In this document: positions 50,667 to 63,973 of the stretch, piece by piece
Position numbering within the stretch: position 1 is the first letter of the stretch
How the letters are laid out: each line of letters starts with the position of its first letter
Origin: Callorhinchus milii
Taxonomy: Eukaryota
Assembly: GCF_018977255.1 (NCBI RefSeq)
Contig: NW_024704742.1
Location: forward strand, 31,188,001 to 31,252,000
DNA: 64,000 nt
Reading direction: 5' to 3'
The notes under the pieces: generated by a model
What the model saw: only the letters and a program-made list of their open reading frames with translations
Database searches by the model: none
Told to the model about the DNA's origin: nothing
Translations under genes and position numbers: made by a program

Positions 50667-51222
50667 TAGTAAAACTTGCTTATAAGTCTACTCTTCATAA
50701 ATTGTATAATCACCTAAGTCGTACATTCACCCATTCAGTTTCCTATCAAAACCACTTAGATTTCATTGCTGGTATTAATCATCTCCTAACATGTAATGCC
50801 ACTCTGCTAACCCCCATTACTCCCACACATACTGGAGGCCTTGAGTCGCGGGAAATGACGTATTTGCTGTTAACGCATGTGAATTTACTGCCCGGCTGCA
50901 TTGAAACATTGAAATGCGGGAAACGGAATCTTGATCCATCGACGCATGTGCAGAAAAACTCAATTTCCTGTGATTCAATGCAATTCCAGCGCCTACCACT
51001 AAATGCCTATGCGGCGATAGATGCATTGAATTGCGGGAAACATAGTCTTCATCCATCACCGCTTGCACACTTACTAGCCCCATAAAGTGACATGTACGCA
51101 GTGTAAATTATTGATTAAATTGTATTTTATACTACTTATACAAGTTTGCCTATAACTCGGACTTCGTGTAAGTCATTTAAATGTTATAGTCCTGATTGAT
51201 ACGACTTATGTGAGTTTTACTG
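50667..51222. mobile_element. Tc1/mariner (Tigger/pogo-like) non-autonomous DNA transposon
   Basis: TA flanks at 50665-50666 and 51223-51224, TIRs tagtaaaacttgcttataagtc and gacttatgtgagttttactg, no transposase ORF. Confidence 0.75.
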
Positions 51223-51499
51223 TACTACATATTACCAAATTGAAATATTTCTAAGCATTACTATTGGGTACATTAACTGTTTTTATAGGCAAATAGGGTA
51301 ACCTTTTTGCACTAACAAGCTCTTACAAATAAATATGAGATGAATAACCAATTGAAGTTCCCTTCTTTTTATGAATAGTGCTTCAAGATCATTAAACCTT
51401 ACCTGAACAGGCAGATGGGAGCTTGATTTAACATCTCATCCCAAAGACATAACTGCCAAGGGTTCCTTTAATTACTCTTTTTAGTCTTCAGAAGTAAGT

Positions 51500-51820
51500 C
51501 ATGCTAAGTTAGAGCGCTCGCCTCACAAAAGAGAGGCCTTCTGTTTACCTAGTGTTAAGTAGGAACCTGGTTGTTAGTCAATTGGTGAATTACTTTCCGC
51601 GGGTAATAATCCCTCNAAAAAACACCTTGGTCACTAAATCTACGACTGTTTGTGGGACACTGTCTTGTGCAATTGGCTGCTGCCTTTCGCCCACAAAATA
51701 CAGTCAATTCACTTTACAGTATACTCTGTGAAGCACTTTGAGATATTTCAATGACATGATAAGACGTTATATCAAATGCAAGGATTATTATAAGAATTAT
51801 CATAAATGCAAGGATTATTA
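51500..51820 (+). mobile_element. SINE long variant with a duplicated tail end
   Basis: Core and tail; aaatgcaaggattatta occurs twice. Confidence 0.8.
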
Positions 51821-52689
51821 TTTTTTATTTACTACAAAGTGGCATCTCCGTTCTTTATTTAACTTAACTGATATTGAAAGGACAGACGGTCTCCATGCGA
51901 TGACCTTCCTAGGCTTACACAACCTAACTGGTCAATCACTATTGCAACCATGCGCCACCCACCAGTGTGAAATTAAGGAAAAATATCTCACTCGAGGAGA
52001 AGAAATTTGGACCAGATGGTTTATACCTAAATAGCTTTCCAGACTGCAGAGTAAAGCACAACTGGAGCTTTGGGAGTGAGAATTGGGAATGAGCACTGAT
52101 TATCACTGATCTGTCACAGTAAATGTAAAATACCTTGGGGAATGCCTTTTCTACGGGTCTAATGGGGCAATAAACTCAACAGAACCTTGAAGATAGACAC
52201 CTGTATCTTTGTTGGTGGTAGTTTAATTCTCTTGTACTACACGGTTAGGAATTTGTGCAAGCCAGTGGTCTAAAGACCAGATCAGCAGGCACTGGGCTTG
52301 AGATTTCAAGAGACAAACATTGGACAAGCTAATACTAGCTTATGATGGGGATGGTTACTCAGACATTTCAGGGGAAGGCATATGCAAACTCGCTAGCAAG
52401 TGGGAAGCAGTGGAATTACATGGTGGCATTGGAAGGGCCCTATGAAAGGAAAGATAGGGGCTAAACTAGGTCATGTCACCTAGGAACTACACAAGGGGAG
52501 GGAAACCATACCTTTGGTCATCTTCCCACCACTCCCCTGGCCTGCACCCCTCTCAACTCCAATTTGCAACTCGGGTCAAACCCTTGACTGTCCAGCGCTT
52601 TCGGACATCCTATATAAGTGCAATTTATTGTTGTTGAGCGAGGGGAGCTAATTGATTAACCCCATCCAGTAAACAGAATCCCATCCAGA

Positions 52690-52988
52690 ACCCCATCCTC
52701 CTTCATGTCCCCTGCCTCGCCCGCCCCATCATTGACTGGCAGGCCTTCTGCCACTCTGCCCCCATCGTCTGGAACCTGCAGTCCCTCCACCTCTCCCTCT
52801 TCCTTGCCTCCTTCAAGATCCATCCCAAGACTGTCCTTTTCGACCGTGCCTTCGGTGGCCCTCCTTCTCATACTGCCCTCCACCCACCCCGATCCTGACC
52901 CTAGCTCGGGTCCGAAACATTGATTGTCCAGCGCCTTGGGACATCCTCCCAATGTGAAAGGCGCTATACAAATGTAATTTTGTTGTTG
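52690..52988 (+). mobile_element. L2 3' end
   Basis: 3' region and tail. Confidence 0.85.
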
Positions 52989-53109
52989 CTTTGCCAGGGG
53001 CTCTCTAAAAAGAACAATAAATTTGTGGGGAGACAATAATGTCCCTTTAAGAAAAAGACAGGGGGCTGGATTAGGTTCACTGAATTAATGGTGTCATGGA
53101 TGCTATTAT

Positions 53110-54195
53110 CAACAACAACAAAATTACATTTATATAGCGCCTTTCATGTCGGGAGGACTTCTCAAGGTGCTGGACAGACAGAGTTTTGGACCCGAGCTGG
53201 GGGTCGGGATCGGGGAGGGGAGAGGGCAGGGGGGGAAGCAGGGAGATCAAAAGCATATTCGAAGAGGAGGATCTTGAAGGTGGTGAGGGCTTTGAAGTTG
53301 AGAATCAGGATCTTGAACTGTATCCTCTCTGTATCCTCTCTGTGGCGAAGCCGGGCGACATCGCAGAGGTGGGGGAAGGCAGAGTGGTTCATGGCGCGAA
53401 TAATGATAATAATAATAATAATTCTTGCATTTGATATAGCGCTTTTCACGTCGGGAGGACGTCCCAAAGCGCTTCACAGAACACACTGTAAAATGAATTG
53501 ACTGTATATTTGTGGGCGAACGCGGCAGCCAATTGCGCACAGCAATGTCCCACAAACAGTCGTGGATTGAAAATGACCAATTTATTATTGTTTTTGGTTT
53601 TGGAGGGATTATTATCATGTGGGGTAGAAGGGATAGTTGAGCGTTAAACAAGATGCAAAGGCTCCGGACTGGCTTAGTAAGGTGGAGTGTGCAACCATGG
53701 ATGGTGATACTGTCATCTGCGTTGAGGAGGTGCTGACGGGAGCCAATCAGGAGAGCCTCAGTCTTGTTGACGTTCAACTGTAGAAAGTTAGCTCTCACCC
53801 AGGACTTGATGTCTGACAGACATTCTGTCAGCACAGCAGTGGTCCTGGAGTCAAGGGTGGAGGCAAAGAGATAGAGTTGGGTGTCACCCGCATACATGTG
53901 GAAGTTGACCCCATGTCTGTGGATGATGTCACCGAGGGGGAGCATATAGATGTTGAAGAGGAGGGGACCAAGGACAGAGCCCCAAGGAACACCGCACGAG
54001 ACAATCCAGGGGCTAGAGGAGAAGCCATTTGAGGAGATGAAGTGCAGGGGGTTTGAGAGGTCCGATCTGAACCAATCAAGGACAGCGCCGTGGAGGTTGA
54101 GGTGAGAGGAGAGGCAATGAATGAGGATAGAATGGTCGACTGTGTCGAAAGCAGCAGAGAGGTCAAGGGGGACGAGGAGGCAGAGGGAGCCCTGC
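53110..54195 (-). mobile_element. L2 fragment with a nested SINE (53399-53617) and internal deletions
   Basis: Minus-strand YAGDTQLY and LNVNKTE motifs; L2 sequence catggcgcg|atgtggggtag is split by the SINE. Confidence 0.9.
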
Positions 54196-54483
54196 TTTGT
54201 TTTTAAAGAAATTCTCGAGGAAAATATTTATTGCTTAAATATGTATGGATCAAGAATACACCATTGCAGAGCAGGTGGCATAATAAACTACAATACTTGA
54301 ATAAACTACCACACAAAGGGGGAGGAGATGGCAGTGTCAGTTTGCGCCGGCAATGCCATATTATAAATAAATGGTGTGAGAAGCTGGTTAGAGCATGTTT
54401 GGACAAAGTGGGACACAGTAATTAAACATTCAATGCCTGCATAAAACCAGGATTTTAAAGGACCAAGAAAATTCCAGTGAGAT

Positions 54484-54806
54484 TAATAATAATAATAATA
54501 ATAATCCTTGCATTTGATATAGCGCTTTTCACATCGGGAGTACTTCCCAAAGCGCTTCACAGAACACCCTGTAAAGTGAATTGACTGTATATTTGTGGGC
54601 GAACGCGGCAGCCAATTGCGCACAGCAATGTTCCACAAACAGTCGTAGATTGAAAATGACCAATTTATTATTGTTTTGGTTTTGGAGGGATTATTATTAG
54701 GTGTGTGGAGTAAGGAAATTTGCCCAAGGTTTCGCCCTGCCTGGAATTGAACTCAGGTCTCTCACTTGCAAAGCGAGTGCTTTAACCACTGAGCTACAGG
54801 ACTCCA
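54484..54806 (-). mobile_element. Young full-length short-variant SINE
   Basis: Very similar to 59713-60037 in reverse orientation. Confidence 0.92.
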
Positions 54807-56123
54807 CATTACTATATGTTTAATACACTGTTCCTTAGCAAGTTTGCAACGGCTTTAATTTAAAAATAATAACAATCTTTGCATTTGATATAGTGCCTTA
54901 TTGTGTTGTTAAGACGTCTCAAAGGACTTCACAGGATATCTATAAAGTGAATTGACTGTGTGGAATACCTCAACTTTTACTCCAGAGTCGCATTCATTTC
55001 CGCTTGTTCTTTATGAGGTCTTCCTCCAGTGATCTCCCATGTACTGAACTACATCTTTATTCTGCCATCAGTTTGGAGCCCTCAAGCCTCACATTGGGAT
55101 TTTGAACTCACATGCTAGGCTGGGACATCGGTATAATGCTGGGGGCAGCGCTGTGAGGATTTTTGCAGACATTTTAGCATAATTTAATAGAAACATTGCA
55201 TTGGGTTGAATCTCTCATTTGATTGACTGGGACTTGTTAACTAACATTATACTTGATGACAGGGCAGCTCCTGGGATTTGCTGAAACCAGCATCCACAAC
55301 TGCAGGATGTGTAAGTCACTTGGGCTGGCCTAGGCTGGGCTGGGCTGGCTTGGTCTGATTGCTTGGCCCTGCTTTGCTCTCTGGTACATGCCCGAGTGAT
55401 CAGAGAGCAACAGTGTACCATGCCTACCAGTGGACTGAAAGCTGTGTGTGTGGTGGGCACCTCCAGATCTCTGCTGTATTGCAGCACGTGTTCACTCTGG
55501 TGATTGAGTTTAATGTTATTATTTCTGCTAATCCCTCAATGTATTGATTTAGGCTTCTCCACGATGTGACTCCTCACTTCCACATGATTCTCCATGCAGT
55601 CTGGCAGAGGCATATTGAAACCGGCTGAACAACACACGCACGTCTGAGTACTGGACACCTCCAGAGACGGGAGCTTAGCTTTTGCTGAAATCCCAAGCAC
55701 TCAGCAACTTGGAGCTGCGAGACCACACTATTGCCATTTATTATCATTGTTTAATTTCTATTACTTCCCCCCCATCCGCCCCCCAACCCCTCAAAAGTGC
55801 TGCAGCCCTCCAGAGTCTTGGCCAAAGGTGTCAGCCTGACTCAGTTAGTAACACTCTTGGCAAGAAGGAAAGGGGAAGAATCACAGTCCTCACTTGAAAT
55901 AGCCCCTGTCTGACATTCAACACCAGGGGACACTGGAGAGCAATCAACAAGGATTTTCTTGTCTCTGCCACAGTGATGCTAAAGCCAGTTCTCACACCTT
56001 TGTCACAGCTCCAATCTGTGCAGCTTTATAGTCTGACGGCTCAGTAGAACATCAGTGCATTTCCCCCCCCCCCCCACACCACGCCGCCAGGGTATTATTG
56101 TTTTAGCAAGTGTGTAAAAAGAA

Positions 56124-56978
56124 CTGACTGAATGTTTGTCGGACATCAAGTCCTGGATGAGAGCTAACTTTCTTTAGTTGAATGTCAACAAGACCGAGGC
56201 TCTCCTGATTGTCTCCCGTCAGCGACTCCTCACCTCAGGTGCTGACAGCATCACCATCCGTGGTTGCACACTCCAATTTGCTAAGCCAGTACAGAACCTT
56301 GGTGTCCTGTTTGACCCTCAACTATCCATGACCCGCTCTACCTTCCTCCACCTCTGCAATGTTGCTTGGCTTCGCCACTATCTCACACCGCAGGCCTCCA
56401 AAACCCTCATACAGGCCTTCATTATATCGAGGCTCGACTATGCAAACTCATTGCTTGTCGGCCTCCCCAACTCCTCCCTCCACAGGCTGCAGATCATCCA
56501 GAACTCTGCAGCCCGTGTCCTCTCCTGCACCAGGCTCCGCGACCCTATCACCCCCATCCTTGCCCAACTCCACTGGCTTCCCATCACACAGAGGATACAG
56601 TTCAGGATCCTGGTCCTCATCGTCAAAACCCTCCATGGTCTGGCTCCCCCCTACCTCTGCGACCTCCTAACCCCCTACCATCCTGCTCGCTTCAAGTCCG
56701 CCACCTCGCTCGCCCCACTATTGGCGGACGGGCCTTCTGCCATTCTGCCCCCGCTCTCTGGAACTCCATCCCGCAGTCCCTCCACCTCGTCCCCTCCCTT
56801 GCCACCTTCAAGACCCATCTCAAGACCCTCCTCTTTGACCGTGCTTTCGATCTCCCTTCTTCCCCCCTACCCTCCACCCTCCCTGACCCCAGCTTGTGTC
56901 CATAACTCTGTCTGTCCAGTGCCTTGGGACGTCCTCCCAACGTGAAAGGCGCATTATAAATGTAATTTTGTTGTTGTT
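56124..56978 (+). mobile_element. L2 3' fragment (listed 255-aa ORF)
   Basis: NVNKTEALL, ISRLDYANSLL and LHWLPI motifs; tail. Confidence 0.92.
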
Positions 56979-57489
56979 CAACAAACAATAAAGAAGGGAA
57001 ATTTTAGTGCTGGAGAAATTACTTGAATAAAAGGGCCAACAATGTAATGGATTTTGAGTTTTGGGAAAACACATTTGATGAGGTAGACTGTGGAGGAAAT
57101 ACATTCCCATATGTTATTATTAAACCTCTGCACTTGATATGGATTACGGAAATGATCCCATTGATACTGTACAGCCATTCATTTGGAGTCATCTGTTTGA
57201 GCTTCTGCTTGTGCACACTTGGATTGTTGAGAGATCATTTCATAAATATTTCTCGTTGCCTTATCCAAATATTAACTTAGAGTGATGTTGCTGCTGATGT
57301 ATTGCAGATGAAGAAAAGCCAGAAGAGGGAAGCAGTATCATGGGGTTTGAGTGATCTTATCGAGAACAGGAGACTGGTACCTTAACACAGGAAAACTCCT
57401 TCACCAAACAGCTTTGTAAATTAAGAGGTAACCTACACTTTTTTATATACACTTTAGTCATCCCCATTGAAACCACTAAATGTTTATGA

Positions 57490-57990
57490 ATAATAATAAT
57501 CATAATAGTAATAATCCTTGCATTTGATATAGCGCTTTTCAAACCGGGAGGACATCTCAAAGCAAGTTACAGGATTTAGTATAAAATGTAATCACTGTGT
57601 TTTATAGAGAAATGCGGTAGCAAATTGCACAGCAGTGTCCCACAAACAGCCATGGTGGTGAATGACCAGTTTTTTATTTGAGGGATTATTAGCCAGGATT
57701 GTACACCTATTTGCGCACAAGCAGCAGTGAAGTGAATGACTAATTTTATTTGTGGGTTTGTTGGCCAGGATACAAGGAGAAATTCTCTTCTCTTTTCAAA
57801 CAGTGCCATGGGATCTTTAATGACTACCTGAACAGACAGACAGAATCTCATTCAAAGTCTCATCCAAAGAACGATACCTCTGCCAATGCAGCACACCCCC
57901 AGCACCACTGGAGGGTCAGTCTAGAATGAGTTCCAAGGCTTGAACCCTCAAACTTGTGACTCAGAAGCTGGAGTGCTACCAGTTGAGCCA
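57490..57990 (-). mobile_element. Deu-type SINE, composite
   Basis: Reverse tail, partly duplicated core, head at about 57940-57990. Confidence 0.7.
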
Positions 57991-59712
57991 GGGAGTTATC
58001 ATGCTATTTAGATCAGAGAAACTGCAGAACAGTTTCCCCTGGCTTTACCACTGATGTGTTTTGAGGTGTTTTATGGCTGGGAAATATCGGCCAATTTCTG
58101 GGCCCTTTGGGGGAAGGGGGCGATTGCAAAGGCATTTGAAGCTCTTTGTGGAGGAAAGAGTTAAGGTTACAGTGTTTTTTTGCAGCTTCTTTTGCTACAG
58201 GGAGGCTCTGTGAAGTTTTTCAGTTGGCAGTATGTTTTTCACACACTGAATCTATTAATCACTCCCTTGGTACTTATCCTTCCTGACATGTCATAAGCCC
58301 TGACCTCAGCGATGCAACCTTGCAGAATGTTGCCGTACGACATGAGTAATGCAATGAACAGTTAGATACATTGAAGCGTCCACATGCAAATGGAAGGAAT
58401 GTGTCTTGATAACCTCTATCTTCACTCGAAATTCAAAATGCAAGCATAACCTGTAGGGCTTGAAACTGGTGCTCATGGGTTGAGCAGGGATTTCTTTCTT
58501 TCCCTAGTGTTTCTTTAAATAATAATAACAATCAATACAATTTAATAACGTAGCTAATAACAATTTATAAATAATAATATAATAATCATCCTTGTAATTT
58601 GATGCCCTGTAAGGCAATTCGTAATAACATTGTCGAGATGTCTCGAGAGTGTTTCATAGGAATTATTGTAATGAATAATTACTGCATTTTCTGCCTGTTT
58701 AATAGTCACAGCAATAAAATATTTTCAATATAAAGGGAGAATGAAAACTTGCCCTTCCCTCTTCTACCAGATAGTCCAGAATCATTTACCTCTTTTACCA
58801 ATTGAATTGTCTTCAGACGGGGAAAAAGAACGAGGAGGGTTGACATGTCCATTTAAGGAGAGGGGGGGAGGGGAAAAGAGAGATGAGTATTGAGCATGAG
58901 CCATAAAACCATCTTTGCAGAGTGGAGCTTATACAGGAGAAGCACAGCAGAGGTTCTACATCACCTTTTTTTTAAAAAAAGCCTCATGCCCAAAGTAACA
59001 TAAAATTGGTTTAAAGTGACTGTGCAATGTTTTTACATACACTGTGCGTTGTGAAAGTAAGTATGACCATAAGTTAAATGGATGAATGCACAAAATTTGA
59101 AAAACTTGGCAGGCTATATAGTTGCATAAAATAATTGCTACAACAGTGTGTTGAAACATTCCTCGGGCAGCCTGCAAAATTGGAACAAAACTTTTTAACC
59201 TTATTAAACAGTTGATTGAACATTAATATTAAAAAAATTCTGGTCTGATCTGCAGGGTACATCTTAAAACATACCTCTTTGACTGCACTTTTGGTCATCT
59301 TTCCCCTCCACACCTCCATTTGCTTCCATCTCCAGCTTGGATGTCCTGCCAGCACCGTAAAGCACTCTTGAGACATCCTCCCAATATGAAAGGTGAATTA
59401 TATTATATTGTAATTCCTGCTTCAGAATGCTATGTTTTACTGTTTCCTATGTATCTTCAGTTTCAATTCCTGTTGGGTTTCTTATAAATAATTCCTGCAT
59501 TTGATATAAGTGGTTGGAAGTTTCAAAGTGTTTCACAGAGAAGAACTCTGTCAAGTATAGTCACTGTTTATTTGTTGGCAAACAGGACAGTCATTTTCTA
59601 ACTTCCCCCCTGACCAGTTATATATATTTTTGGGTAGCTTTGCATTTATTGCTATGTTCCTTTATGATTCATGCTTGGTTATTTTAATCGCTTTTTGTTC
59701 CTGCTTCTGTAT

Positions 59713-60037
59713 AGAGTCCTGTAGCTCAGTGGTTAGAGCACTCGCTTTTGCAAGCGAGAGACCTGAGTTCAATTCCAGGCAGGGTGAAACCTTGGGCAAG
59801 TTTCTTTACTCCACACGCCTAATAATAATCCCTCCAAAACCAAAAACATTAATAAAAAAAAATTGGTCATTTTCAATATACGACTATTTGTGGGACATTG
59901 CTGTGCGCAATTGGCTGCCGCGTTCGCCCACAAATATACAGTCAATTCACTTTACTGTGTGTTCTGTGAAGCGCTTTGGGACGTCCTCCTGACGTGAAAA
60001 AGCTATATCAAATGCAAGGATTATTATTATTATTATT
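59713..60037 (+). mobile_element. Young full-length short-variant SINE
   Basis: Intact A and B boxes, core, tail gggacgtcctcctgacgtgaaaa plus (TTA)n. Confidence 0.92.
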
Positions 60038-62169
60038 ACAGTGTGTACATCATTGGACAAGGTTGGAAAGGTGGAGGGGCCAGGGTGGTGGACATGGGGC
60101 AGAAAGGGGCACATGGAGAAGGTCAGTGCCCGCCAAGCAGAGGGAGTGGACAGGTTGGTTAAGTTTTAGTAGTTGAAAGAGGTAGGGAGGAGCAAGACTG
60201 TGGAGGGGTTGTGAAAAATGAAACAGACTAGAAAAGCTCACAACATCTGGAGACATTTGGGTGAGGAAGGTCCCTAAGCTCACATGTCTTCATCATTCTT
60301 AAGCGTCCACCGTATTATCAGCAACAATGATTCCAGGTTCCTGACCTCAACCAACATTCCTGGTAACCATTCCAGATGTAAATTACACACTTTGTAAAGA
60401 ATTGTAAAGGATCTTGAAGTCAGTATTTGTAGGTGTCTGTCCTCAACAACCCCGAAGGAACATTGAAGTTCCCTATTTTGCCTTAAACTGTTTGAAATGA
60501 ATAGAAATTACCCTTTATCATTCACATATCTATAAATGCTACACACAACCACTGTCTTTGAATCCAAGTGAAGCTCATTGTTTTGTTGCAATGTGAGCTG
60601 AGAGACAATCCTTTAACATAATGATTGTAAATTAACATGATGTTTGAAAATGTATTCTAGCATCAAAGCTATTTATTACAATTGCTTTCCAAATATGATA
60701 TGATGTGTGTGTGTGTGAGGCATCTACGAATATTGACTGACTGGCTCCGTTCTGTATAATGTAAAACGAAAGTCTCTCTCAGTTCCTCGGCAGCTCCTTG
60801 GAGGTCAGAAGACAATAGCATCATGGAATCTTACAGCACAGAAGGAGGCCATTCGACCCATTTTGCCTGTGCCGGCTGCTTGAAAGAGCTACCCAATTAG
60901 TCCCATTCCCCCGCTCTTTCCCAATCTGTGCAATTTTTCTTCTTTTCATAGATTGCAATTAATGACCAGACGCAATCAGGAGACTGTTTATATCATATTT
61001 GCTCATATGTGTTTGAAAATGTCCTGGATGTTTTTGAAGCCAATTTTTAGAATGTCAAATTTCCAGTATGATTATGTATCAATATTGTTTTCGTTGGTGT
61101 GTGCAGAGACGCACAGATACTTTAGTTTTCTATGAATAGCTTGGAAATGAAGTCTTGCTTGAGGCTGTTCAAGCTACACTGTAGTGGAGGTGATGAGTTT
61201 TTCAATCCTTTGTGAAGAGGATGGAGCTCCTGTTACAGTAAATCATTAGGTCTGAGTGGCATCATGAAGCACTAACTTATCACAACCATCATTGTCAACC
61301 TGGTGAATGAATATGGAGAGATGCCATTTCACTCGTGAAAGTGTCTATTTTTTGGTTTACTCCCTCAGCTCTTTCCAAAGTTACTCTAGTCATTGATTGA
61401 TGTTGCGCCATGTCTATTCGCATTAACTGTGATGTAGGTCTGGCATGACAGTCGCACAGCAGCAGATCTGAAGCGACTGCCCAGAGATAGGAACCTGCAC
61501 TTGGACAATTACAAAAACGTACACAGTAGATGGACAATGTGGACCTGCAAAGGCACTCATTAGATGTGACAGTCACTACTGCTGGGTTATAAAGGTGATC
61601 AATTTTGATGCACGTTGCTCTGAACAAATAAACACCTTGCTATAGGTTCAAATTGCTTTGGCATCGGTGTCGGTCTTGCTAATGATAAATGTCCCTCCTA
61701 TTTTCAAGATAATTTCACCTCTTTTCTGTACAAAATAAATATTGCTAAAGGTTTTCAATAAGCAACTGATCTATTTGTACAACAAATAGTTCTCAGACGA
61801 TTGAAGTCCTTAGGTCTGCACCTTCTGTGTTATTAGCACAAATTTAAAGCTCCCCTTTCTACGTGCCTTCATTATTTTGCTGATGATGTTGTGGTTTAGG
61901 TTGCAGTTAAAAAACTCACATTTCAGTCTAAAATGCAGGATTACTAACAAGGTTCCACTTATAAGTGCTTTGGGAAAACCAGCCTGAGAATAACTTGTAT
62001 CAGAGCAGCAAGCTCGGTGTTACTGTAAAGAATCTCCAGTTGTGCAAATTACATTCCTTCTGAAGGAAACGCTGGTGATGTCGGGTGTAACTTAGTTCCT
62101 GGTTAACTTCCAGGGTTAACGATTAAGATGTTGGGGATAAATCCAGAGAAATTGGTTTATATGGAAGAC

Positions 62170-62545
62170 CAATTTTGATGGACAAAGAGACCTTTCGTCT
62201 TACGGATTACTTCCCCTATCTTCCTCCATTTACCGAAACAAGCTGTTTTTAAATATGTCTAGCGTACTGGCCTCAACCACCTGTTCCACTTGTTAATTAT
62301 CCCCTGGGCAAAGAAATATCCCTGATGTGGGTCTTGAAATTGTCCTTTGAAACCCTGCATCTGTCCTGTTCTGTTACCTTGGAGAAGCTGAATGTACTGT
62401 TTTGGGTTTACTTTCTCGGTCCCATGTAAAATCTTGTATATCTCAGTGAAGTGCTCTCTGAGATGTCTCTTTTCCAGCCTGATGAGCTACAGTTTATCTA
62501 ATTGTTGCTCATAGTCATAGCTCATTTCCCTAGCAGTGAGGATCA
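62170..62545 (-). mobile_element. Old CR1 3' remnant
   Basis: Reverse sequence resembles the YEERL..LEKRRLRG..EIYKIL region. Confidence 0.6.
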
Positions 62546-63039
62546 TGGTGCTGTGCTGTGTGAAGTGCTTCCAGACGTTCTCCCAATGTGAAAGGCACTA
62601 TGAAAATGTAAATGTTGTTGTCCTGTGCTATGTGAAGCACTTCGGAACATCCTTCTGATGTGAAAGATACTATGCACAGTTAATGTATACTATTGTTATA
62701 ATCATTTGCTCATCTTAATGGATGCACTAACAACTTGCATTTATACAGCAACCTTTATGTAGGGTAACTTCTCAGAGCGCATTATAGGGAAGGGGCTGAT
62801 GTTGAACAATGGGGGTAGGGAGGGAGATGGCAATAGGCATGTTTAAAGAGCTAGGATTTGAGGTGGGACGTAAAGACAGAGAGGTGGTAAGATGGATGCT
62901 GGAGGGAAGGAGTTCCTGAGGTTAAATACCGTGAGAAGGAGATGGGACCGAAGCCTTGCTCAGCTTTTTATCTCTACCCTCATCCCTACAGAAATGAAAA
63001 CAAAAGAACAGCTTTAACGTTTCGCTACCTCTGGATACC

Positions 63040-63973
63040 TCCTGGATGAGAGACAACTTTCTTCAGCTCAAAGTGCATAAAACCGAGGCCCTCCTGATTG
63101 GCTCACGTCAGCTCCTCCGCACCTCAGCGCTGACAGCATCAGCATCCAAGGCTGCACTCTCCACCTCTCAAAGCCGGTCAGGAACCTCGGTGTTCTGTTC
63201 GACCCTGAGCTGTCCTTTCTTCCTCATATCCGCGCCACAACTGGCACCGCCTTCCATCGCCTACGAAACATAGCCGGACTACTGCACTACCTCACCCCTC
63301 ACGCTGCTGAAACTCTGGTCCACGCCTTTATCACCTCAAGGCTGGATTATGGGAACTCTCTCCTCGCCGGCCTTCCTGGCACCTCCCTCCACAAGCTGCA
63401 GGTCATTCAGAACTCTGCAGCTCGTGTACTGTCCCGCACCAGACTTCGCGACCACATCACTCCCACCCTCGCTCGCCTCCACTGGCTCCCCATCCCCCAG
63501 AGGATCGAATTCAAGATCCTCATCCTCGCCTACAAGGCCATTCACTCCCTCCTACCTCTCTGACCTACCATCCCCCTACTTACCTGCCCGTATCCTCCGT
63601 TCCTCTGGCTCCGGTCTCCTCCACATCCCCCGCCCCAACCTCCCTACCATCGGTGGCCGGGTCTTCAGCCTCTCAGCCCCTAGGCTCTGGAACTCTATCC
63701 CCCAGTGCCTTCGCCGCCTCCTCCCTTTCCTCCTTCAAGGCCGGTCTCAAGACCTTTCTCTTTGACCATGCCTTCAGCTCCCCTCTCGACTCTCTACCCT
63801 CTCCTCGCCTCCTCCCTTCCCTCCCCTCACACTGACCATTTCCCCCCTCCTCGCTCCCTCCCTTTCCTCCCTGACCATTTCCCCCCTGCTCGGGTCCTGA
63901 CCCAACTGTCCAGTGCCTTGGGACATCCTCCTGACGTGAAAGGCGCTCTGTAAATGGAATCTTGTTGTTGTTG
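63040..63973 (+). mobile_element. L2 3' fragment, second subfamily
   Basis: WMRDNFLQL..KTEALLIG and LHWLP motifs; tail plus (TTG)n. Confidence 0.92.

Noticed and set aside
53247..53945. 232-aa minus-strand ORF
   Set aside because: L2 RT fragment reading through a nested SINE by chance.
55320..55355. (GGGCT)n-like run reminiscent of immunoglobulin switch repeats
   Set aside because: Only a few units, no Ig context; a simple microsatellite.
56178..56945. 255-aa ORF as a host gene
   Set aside because: C-terminal L2 ORF2 fragment without RT core or a true start.
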